Source: a virus
Lineage: Duplodnaviria > Heunggongvirae > Uroviricota > Caudoviricetes
Virus record (IMG/VR): IMGVR_UViG_2671180357_000006
Location: 1-21,881 of that record
DNA: 21,881 nt
Direction: 5' to 3' (one strand)
The translations under genes were made by a program, and so were the position numbers. The notes under the pieces are model-generated. The model saw only the letters and a list, made by a program, of their open reading frames with translations. It had not been told where the DNA came from and searched no databases. Shown here piece by piece: positions 16,575 to 21,881 of the stretch (the stretch's first letter is position 1; each line of letters begins with the position of its first letter).

Positions 16575-16991
16575 TCAGCTAGAATGGAAACCTTCTGCGA
16601 CTTCAGCGAAGTAGCTGAGCAACCTAGTATCTCTTGCTGGCATACGATCGTGAGCTGGAGTGACTAGCCCCATCAGCAAAAAACGCCCGCTATCCCACAT
16701 GTGCTCGGTATAAACGAGATAGTGGTTTGAGGTTCGGTTGTAGTTCTCTTGCCTTGCGTTCCAGGTAAGCTGGAAATGCAAATTGACGTGAATATGCTGG
16801 ACATTAGCATCAACGGCGAACGGCGGGAAGTCAAATGGTGCATCTCGTCCAAGAAGATTAGATGGTGCGCCAGTTGATTTGTAAGTAATGAACTCGGATT
16901 TGAGCTGACTTTCTAGGTCAGGGTAAACGACAAAAGTGGGCTGAAAAAAATCATCCCACGTAACTTGACTGTATTCAGCCGTTAATGCCAT
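16575..16991 (-). CDS. hypothetical protein (138 aa), second gene of a two-gene cassette
   Basis: ORF with ordinary composition; start overlaps the stop of the upstream 182-aa gene by 10 bp (translational coupling). No recognisable motif. Confidence 0.5.
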   Translation of the reverse strand: MALTAEYSQVTWDDFFQPTFVVYPDLESQLKSEFITYKSTGAPSNLLGRDAPFDFPPFAVDANVQHIHVNLHFQLTWNARQENYNRTSNHYLVYTEHMWDSGRFLLMGLVTPAHDRMPARDTRLLSYFAEVAEGFHSS

Positions 16992-17530
16992 TTAGCCGCA
17001 GCCTTGTTGCCAGTCTCTAATAGATGGTTCATGGCTAAAAGGTTGACACCAGAGTCACGCACTACAGAAGTGCGTGTAATCTGATCAATCAGATTGAGAT
17101 AGTTTTTGGTCGCAATACTGACCATTTTAATAGCCTTAAAAAACGCAAACTCAACAGTGTTTTTTTCGTAAGACATGATGACGTCTTTTTCAGGTAACAT
17201 CAAAACAAAAGATTCTGCGATACCGGCTACATGAATAGTTTGATTCTTAATTTCTTCCGCTACTTTGATAGCAGCAAAGAAGTCAGTGTCAGCATAATGA
17301 GCAAGTTCAGCGCGGCTTGAACGCAGTTCTTTAGCCAATTCATTGAGAGCAGCTGTAAGATCACTGATGTCGGTTTTGTTGACTCTAGCGCCCATCTCAT
17401 AAACCCGTTCGACAATCGTAGGCTGACACGCAACCGCTTTGGGTTGCGGCTGGATACTGGCAAGAACCAGTGCCACTGCTGCCTGCAAATGCTGGATTTT
17501 AAATTTCACGATAGACTCCATAATCGTCAT
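16982..17530 (-). CDS. hypothetical protein (182 aa), first gene of a two-gene cassette
   Basis: ORF downstream of the tRNA terminator, co-oriented with the 138-aa gene. No recognisable motif. Confidence 0.5.
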   Translation of the reverse strand: MTIMESIVKFKIQHLQAAVALVLASIQPQPKAVACQPTIVERVYEMGARVNKTDISDLTAALNELAKELRSSRAELAHYADTDFFAAIKVAEEIKNQTIHVAGIAESFVLMLPEKDVIMSYEKNTVEFAFFKAIKMVSIATKNYLNLIDQITRTSVVRDSGVNLLAMNHLLETGNKAAAKWH

Positions 17531-17609
17531 TTCTCGACGAAGCGTAGCATTCTACTACTGAACTTAACTATAAGCTAAAAAAAGTTGGTTGCATATGCGA
17601 CTTGATAGC

Positions 17610-17631
17610 AAAAAGGGGCCGAAGCCCCTTT
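17610..17631 (-). terminator. rho-independent terminator downstream of the tRNA
   Basis: Minus-strand reading gives GGGGC-TTCG-GCCCC followed by TTTTT (GC stem with a UUCG tetraloop). Confidence 0.65.
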
Positions 17632-17705
17632 GGATTTTGCGCTGAAAAAAGTGTTGCTACGATGCTTAGAAGCAATGGTTAAAAAACGTCTGCCGTGTCT
17701 ATCAC

Positions 17706-17780
17706 AGCGCTGAACGGTCTGGCGACATTTGCGGAGTCTTTCGTTCGGACGGTGATGGCGAATCCAAACCGTTCAGCGCT
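17706..17780. repeat. 13-bp perfect inverted repeat flanking a 49-bp spacer, directly 3' of the tRNA
   Basis: AGCGCTGAACGGT (17706-17718) and ACCGTTCAGCGCT (17768-17780); the tRNA CCA end is at 17785-17787. Confidence 0.5.
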
Positions 17781-17784
17781 ATGT

Positions 17785-17859
17785 TGGCGATGGTGGGTGG
17801 ACTCGAACCACCGACCAGTTGATTAACAGTCAACCGCTCTACCACTGAGCTACACCATC
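17785..17859 (-). tRNA. tRNA-Asn (anticodon GTT)
   Basis: Minus-strand sequence GATGGTG-TA-GCTC-AGTGGTA-GAGC-G-GTTGA-CTGTTAA-TCAAC-TGGTC-GGTGG-TTCGAGT-CCACC-CACCATC-G-CCA folds as a canonical cloverleaf with perfect 7-bp acceptor, 5-bp anticodon and 5-bp T stems, a TTCGAGT T-loop and encoded CCA. Confidence 0.88.
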
Positions 17860-17952
17860 ATTTTCGCGGCGGTACTAGCTTATGGACAACCAGGCAGCCA
17901 GAAACTTTCCCGTAACTTGCACTTTACGTTAGTGCCAGACGAGGTATGTGGC

Positions 17953-17968
17953 TCGCTCATATGAGCGA
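17953..17968. repeat. 16-bp perfect palindrome TCGCTCATATGAGCGA
   Basis: Self-complementary 16-mer centred on CATATG, about 95 bp upstream of the tRNA 5' end and 39 bp outside the transposon IR. Confidence 0.5.
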
Positions 17969-18006
17969 AGATCTCGAATCTTTCTCGGTGGTTGATTGCC
18001 GTTAGA

Positions 18007-18044
18007 GGGGGAACCGCAGAATTCGGAAAAAATCGTACGCTAAG
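18007..18044 (+). repeat. 38-bp terminal inverted repeat of the Tn1721-like transposon (outer end at 18007)
   Basis: GGGGGAACCGCAGAATTCGGAAAAAATCGTACGCTAAG: Tn21-family IR signature including the EcoRI site known from Tn1721 ends. Flanking 5 bp outside are TTAGA. Confidence 0.85.
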
Positions 18045-18144
18045 CTAACGGTGTTCTCGTGACAGCTCTTTGACTAGGCTTTCTAAGGCCATTCTGATAG
18101 CCCTGACTTCCTGAAAAGCCATGGCTAAAATTTGTGCGGCTAAA

Positions 18145-18176
18145 AGGGATAACCGATGGTAAAGTAAGTTATCCCT
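18145..18176 (-). terminator. hairpin 3' of mcp; weak candidate terminator
   Basis: 9-bp stem AGGGATAAC / GTTATCCCT with a 14-nt loop, about 20 bp after the mcp stop; only TTTA follows on the minus strand. Confidence 0.35.
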
Positions 18177-18195
18177 GTCGAGATACTGAAAAGCG

Positions 18196-19773
18196 TTATC
18201 CTCGTTTTTCCCAAAACTGTTTTGCCAGTTCGCTCAGAGCGCTAGTTAACTGAGCGACAGATTTCGCACTTTGCAAATTATTCTGCCCGGTCTGTACATT
18301 GGTATCAGCAGCATCGCGTATATTGATAATACTGCGGTTTATGTCTTCACTTACTGCTCCCTGCTGCTCGACCGCAGTCGCTATTTGCGCGTTCATGTCG
18401 GTAATTTCGTTAACGCGTTGGCCAATTCCATCAAGAGCTGTAGCTGCTTCCTCTGCGTGAGCTACACTCGTGTGCGCTTGCCGACTACTTTGCTCCATGA
18501 CTGTAACAGCGGATTGCGCTCGCTCTTGTAGAGCGCTGATCATGCTTTGAATATCCGTTGTCGATTGCTGTGTGCGAGCAGCAAGACTGCGAACCTCATC
18601 GGCGACAACAGCAAAACCACGCCCCTGCTCACCAGCACGCGCGGCCTCAATTGCTGCGTTGAGTGCCAACAAATTCGTTTGCTCGGCGATCCCTCGTATA
18701 ACGTCAAGAACTTTTGATATCTCGTTACTTTGACCTTCAAGCTCATGAATAACCTGAGTGGCTTGCCTAATTTCACCTTCAAGGGCAGTGATTGACTGGC
18801 TTGTGTGGGCTACCAGACGCTGGCCAGATGCCGTCTCAGTGTCTGCTCTTCCGGCCGCATCTGCAGCATGCTGTGCATTGCTCGCAACCTCTTGAATGCT
18901 TGCCACCATTTGGTTTACTGCCGTTGCTATTTGATCTGTCTCTGCCTGCTGCTCAACTGTAAGTACATTGCTTGACTCAATATCCTTTAGTAGGCCTCGG
19001 GTGTGTTCGCTAAGCCGATTTGATGCATCACCTATGCGACCTACTATGGCGCCTGTTTCAGCTTGCATCATTCGTAAAGCAAACTCTATTTGGCCAAACT
19101 CATCGGTGCGCCCAGTGTAGAGGGATTGACTTAATGGGTTATTGGAAATATTCCTGGCTCTTTCAACCAGTCTTCCAAGAGGAGAGAGAATAGCCAAAAC
19201 ACTAACAGAGCTTAAGCTTCCTGACATTAAAGTGGCTAACAATAAGCTGCTTATTGATGTATCAGTAAGCATGCCGGCAGCCATTGCGCTTGATATAATA
19301 CTACCCCATATGAGCAAGAGTATTTTCACGGAAAAGCTAGCAGCCAATTTCGGCCTCGCGGCCTTCCCGCTTCTCAATTGAGCATATAATTTTTCCGCAG
19401 CCAAAACCTGCTCAGGTTCAGGCTTGGTCCTTACAGACTGGTATTCAACAATCGAACCATTCTTAGCTATTGGCGTTACATAAGCACTTACCCAATAGTG
19501 GTCGCCATTTTTACAGCGATTTTTTACTAGCCCCATCCATGAGCGGCCAGATTTTAATGTACTCCACATATGCTCAAATGCAGCAGGCGGCATATCTGGG
19601 TGTCTTACGATGTTGTGAGGCTGGCCTAATAGTTCTTCCTCAGTGAAACCACTGATTTTAATGAAGTCAGGATTAACGTATGTGATATGGCTTTGAGGGG
19701 AGGTAGTCGAAAGAATATTGGCATCTTTTGGGAGTTCTAAGTTTCGACCCGTCACTGGTAAATTCTGGCGCAT
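18196..19773 (-). CDS. mcp: methyl-accepting chemotaxis protein with N-terminal PAS domain (Aer-like); transposon passenger gene (525 aa)
   Basis: N-terminus [75 protein letters not shown] parallels the E. coli Aer PAS region; the MCP signalling domain has [32 protein letters not shown]; hydrophobic segment in the middle; GAGG RBS upstream. Confidence 0.9.
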   Translation of the reverse strand: MRQNLPVTGRNLELPKDANILSTTSPQSHITYVNPDFIKISGFTEEELLGQPHNIVRHPDMPPAAFEHMWSTLKSGRSWMGLVKNRCKNGDHYWVSAYVTPIAKNGSIVEYQSVRTKPEPEQVLAAEKLYAQLRSGKAARPKLAASFSVKILLLIWGSIISSAMAAGMLTDTSISSLLLATLMSGSLSSVSVLAILSPLGRLVERARNISNNPLSQSLYTGRTDEFGQIEFALRMMQAETGAIVGRIGDASNRLSEHTRGLLKDIESSNVLTVEQQAETDQIATAVNQMVASIQEVASNAQHAADAAGRADTETASGQRLVAHTSQSITALEGEIRQATQVIHELEGQSNEISKVLDVIRGIAEQTNLLALNAAIEAARAGEQGRGFAVVADEVRSLAARTQQSTTDIQSMISALQERAQSAVTVMEQSSRQAHTSVAHAEEAATALDGIGQRVNEITDMNAQIATAVEQQGAVSEDINRSIINIRDAADTNVQTGQNNLQSAKSVAQLTSALSELAKQFWEKRG

Positions 19774-19924
19774 AAGAACCTCAAGGGTTGGCTGTTTTAT
19801 TTTATTGTTTTCGGCATTAAGCCCAATTTCTTGAGCGTTACGATAAAGCTAGCATGGAAACGATAGGTGCAAGCAAGTTAAGGGTTGCATCGCGCATGTC
19901 AATCTAGGCTATACCCTAACTTGA

Positions 19925-20075
19925 TGTCAGGCAGGGCCGCGCCGCTTCGTCAGAATAGAGTCTGCTTTCCCATTTTTTGACACATGCCCGCGAAGGTTAT
20001 AGATTTCAGCCTGACAGAAATGGGCTTTGAGGCACAACGGAACAGAAAGTGCACTTAAGCCGCCTTCAACCAAGG
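19925..20075. promoter_or_regulatory. res (resolution) site and tnpR promoter region of the transposon
   Basis: Clustered imperfect TGTCA/TGACA-type half-site pairs (TGTCAGGCAGG...CGTCAG, CGTCAGAATAGAGTCTG...TTGACA, TGACACATGCCC...CAGCCTGACA) between mcp and tnpR, as expected for Tn21-family res subsites; followed by an AAGGAG RBS before the tnpR GTG. Confidence 0.5.
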
Positions 20076-20082
20076 AGACATC

Positions 20083-20643
20083 GTGCAGGGGCACCGCATC
20101 GGCTACGTCCGGGTCAGCAGCTTTGACCAGAACCCGGAACGCCAGCTGGAACAAACCCAGGTGAGCAAGGTGTTCACCGACAAGGCATCGGGCAAGGACA
20201 CCCAGCGCCCCCAGCTCGAAGCGCTGCTGAGCTTCGTCCGCGAAGGCGATACAGTGGTGGTGCGCAGCATGGATCGGCTGGCCCGCAACCTCGATGACCT
20301 GCGTCGCTTGGTACAGAAGCTGACTCAGCGCGGCGTGCGCATCGAGTTCCTGAAGGAGGGCCTGGTGTTCACTGGCGAGGACTCGCCGATGGCCAACCTG
20401 ATGCTGTCGGTGATGGGGGCCTTCGCTGAGTTCGAGCGCGCCCTGATCCGCGAGCGGCAGCGTGAGGGCATCGCCTTGGCCAAGCAGCGTGGCGCGTACC
20501 GGGGCCGCAAGAAAGCCCTGTCCGATGAGCAGGCTGCTACCCTGCGGCAGCGAGCGACGGCCGGCGAGCCCAAGGCGCAGCTTGCCCGCGAGTTCAACAT
20601 CAGCCGGGAAACCCTCTACCAGTACCTCCGCACGGACGACTGA
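20083..20643 (+). CDS. tnpR: serine resolvase TnpR (Tn21/Tn1721 subgroup), GTG start
   Basis: MQGHRIGYVRVSSFDQNPERQLE... with the catalytic serine region, and C-terminal HTH ISRETLYQYLRTD; near-identical by recollection to Tn1721/Tn501-type resolvase. Confidence 0.95.
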   Translation: MQGHRIGYVRVSSFDQNPERQLEQTQVSKVFTDKASGKDTQRPQLEALLSFVREGDTVVVRSMDRLARNLDDLRRLVQKLTQRGVRIEFLKEGLVFTGEDSPMANLMLSVMGAFAEFERALIRERQREGIALAKQRGAYRGRKKALSDEQAATLRQRATAGEPKAQLAREFNISRETLYQYLRTDD

Positions 20644-20646
20644 CAC

Positions 20647-21881
20647 ATGCCGCGTCGCTTGATCCTCTCGGCCACGGAGCGGGACACCCTGCTTGCGCTG
20701 CCGGAAAGCCAGGATGACCTGATCCGCTACTACACCTTCAACGACTCCGACCTGTCGCTGATCCGCCAGCGACGCGGCGACGCCAACCGCCTCGGCTTCG
20801 CCGTGCAGCTCTGCCTGCTGCGCTACCCCGGTTACGCGCTGGGAACCGACAGCGAGCTGCCCGAGCCGGTCATCCTGTGGGTGGCGAAGCAAGTCCAGGC
20901 CGAGCCGGCGAGCTGGGCAAAGTACGGCGAGCGCGACGTGACCCGTCGCGAGCATGCCCAGGAACTGCGCACCTACCTGCAACTGGCCCCGTTCGGCCTG
21001 TCCGACTTCCGCGCCCTGGTGCGCGAGCTAACCGAGCTGGCCCAGCAGACCGACAAAGGCTTGCTGCTGGCCGGTCAGGCCCTGGAGAGCCTACGGCAGA
21101 AACGACGCATCCTGCCGGCGCTGAGCGTGATTGACCGGGCCTGCTCGGAAGCCATTGCGCGAGCCAATCGGCGGGTCTACCGCGCCCTGGTCGAACCACT
21201 CACGGACTCGCATCGGGCCAAGCTGGACGAGCTGTTGAAGCTCAAGGCCGGCAGCAGCATCACCTGGTTGACCTGGCTGCGCCAGGCACCGCTGAAACCC
21301 AACTCTCGGCACATGCTGGAACACATCGAGCGGCTGAAGACATTTCAGTTGGTGGACTTGCCCGAAGGCCTGGGCCGGCACATCCACCAGAACCGCCTGC
21401 TCAAGCTGGCCCGCGAGGGTGGGCAGATGACGCCCAAAGACCTCGGTAAGTTCGAGCCGCAGCGCCGCTACGCGACCCTGGCCGCCGTGGTGCTGGAGAG
21501 CACCGCGACCGTGATCGATGAGCTGGTCGATCTGCATGACCGCATCCTGGTCAAGCTGTTCAGCGGCGCGAAGCACAAGCATCAGCAGCAGTTCCAGAAG
21601 CAGGGCAAGGCGATCAACGACAAGGTGCGCCTGTACTCCAGGATCGGCCAGGCGCTGCTGGAAGCGAAGGAAAGCGGCAGCGACCCCTATGCCGCCATCG
21701 AGGCGGTGATTCCCTGGGACGAGTTCACCGAGAGCGTCAGCGAGGCCGAGCTGCTGGCCCGGCCGGAAGGCTTCGACCACCTGCACCTGGTCGGCGAGAA
21801 CTTCGCCACCCTGCGCCGTTACACGCCGGCCTTGCTGGAGGTGCTGGAACTGCGCGCCGCGCCGGCCGCGCAAGGCGTGCT
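20647..21881 (+). CDS. tnpA: Tn3-family transposase TnpA, 5' partial (first ~411 codons; runs off the window end)
   Basis: ATG at 20647, 3 nt after the tnpR stop; translation [44 protein letters not shown]...[12 protein letters not shown]...[10 protein letters not shown]... matches the Tn21-family TnpA N-terminus. Absent from the ORF track because no stop is reached. Confidence 0.92.
   Translation, partial: MPRRLILSATERDTLLALPESQDDLIRYYTFNDSDLSLIRQRRGDANRLGFAVQLCLLRYPGYALGTDSELPEPVILWVAKQVQAEPASWAKYGERDVTRREHAQELRTYLQLAPFGLSDFRALVRELTELAQQTDKGLLLAGQALESLRQKRRILPALSVIDRACSEAIARANRRVYRALVEPLTDSHRAKLDELLKLKAGSSITWLTWLRQAPLKPNSRHMLEHIERLKTFQLVDLPEGLGRHIHQNRLLKLAREGGQMTPKDLGKFEPQRRYATLAAVVLESTATVIDELVDLHDRILVKLFSGAKHKHQQQFQKQGKAINDKVRLYSRIGQALLEAKESGSDPYAAIEAVIPWDEFTESVSEAELLARPEGFDHLHLVGENFATLRRYTPALLEVLELRAAPAAQGV

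Larger units (their letters stand above)
18007..21881 (+). mobile_element. Tn3-family transposon, Tn1721/Tn1722-like (left IR, mcp, res, tnpR, 5' part of tnpA); continues beyond the window
   Basis: 38-bp terminal IR with GGGG outer end, CGCTAAG inner end and internal GAATTC; gene order IR-mcp-res-tnpR-tnpA as recalled for Tn1722; TnpR and TnpA N-terminus closely resemble Tn21-subgroup proteins; the tnpR/tnpA part is markedly GC-richer than the surrounding DNA. Confidence 0.85.

Noticed and set aside
18196-19773. The Aer-like MCP as a chromosomal host chemotaxis gene
   Set aside because: The Tn1721-type 38-bp IR at 18007-18044 lies outside it and the res-tnpR-tnpA block follows directly, so the gene is inside the transposon despite its lower GC content.
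19927-20982. 351-aa minus-strand ORF overlapping res and tnpR
   Set aside because: Antisense to the well-supported tnpR gene in GC-rich DNA, where long spurious ORFs are common; Arg/Ala/Gly/Leu-rich low-complexity translation with no motif.
21091-21873. 260-aa minus-strand ORF inside tnpA
   Set aside because: Antisense to the transposase gene in GC-rich DNA; composition typical of non-coding frames. The short overlapping ORFs 20877..21134, 20462..20662 and 20870..21199 are rejected for the same reason.
1-21881. CRISPR arrays, rRNA genes, additional tRNA genes
   Set aside because: No regularly spaced direct repeats, no rRNA-like conserved stretches and no second cloverleaf were found on reading the sequence.

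Overview
The window has three parts. (1) Positions ~1-16.3 kb: a tightly packed, mostly minus-strand DNA-metabolism module typical of a phage or integrative element. It encodes a RecA-family recombinase split by a 422-aa LAGLIDADG intein in its Walker A P-loop, a stand-alone 5'-3' exonuclease (FEN), a T4 gp32-like ssDNA-binding protein, a DnaE-type (Pol III alpha) polymerase whose C-terminus looks like a degenerate family-4 UDG fold, and a CobS-like AAA+ / CobT-like vWA pair. This is followed by a divergent AT-rich control region, a small HTH regulator and a P4-type tyrosine integrase with a near-consensus LexA box over its promoter. (2) Positions ~16.3-18.0 kb: a translationally coupled two-gene cassette of unknown function, an intrinsic terminator and a tRNA-Asn(GTT) gene. 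(3) Position 18,007 to the window end: the left part of a Tn1721/Tn1722-like Tn3-family transposon (38-bp terminal IR containing an EcoRI site, PAS/Aer-like mcp passenger gene, res, tnpR, 5' part of tnpA), inserted 148 bp from the tRNA. An IS3-family transposase 3' remnant lies at 745-942. No CRISPR array or rRNA was seen. All protein assignments rest on motif recognition by eye from the translations; no database search was run.
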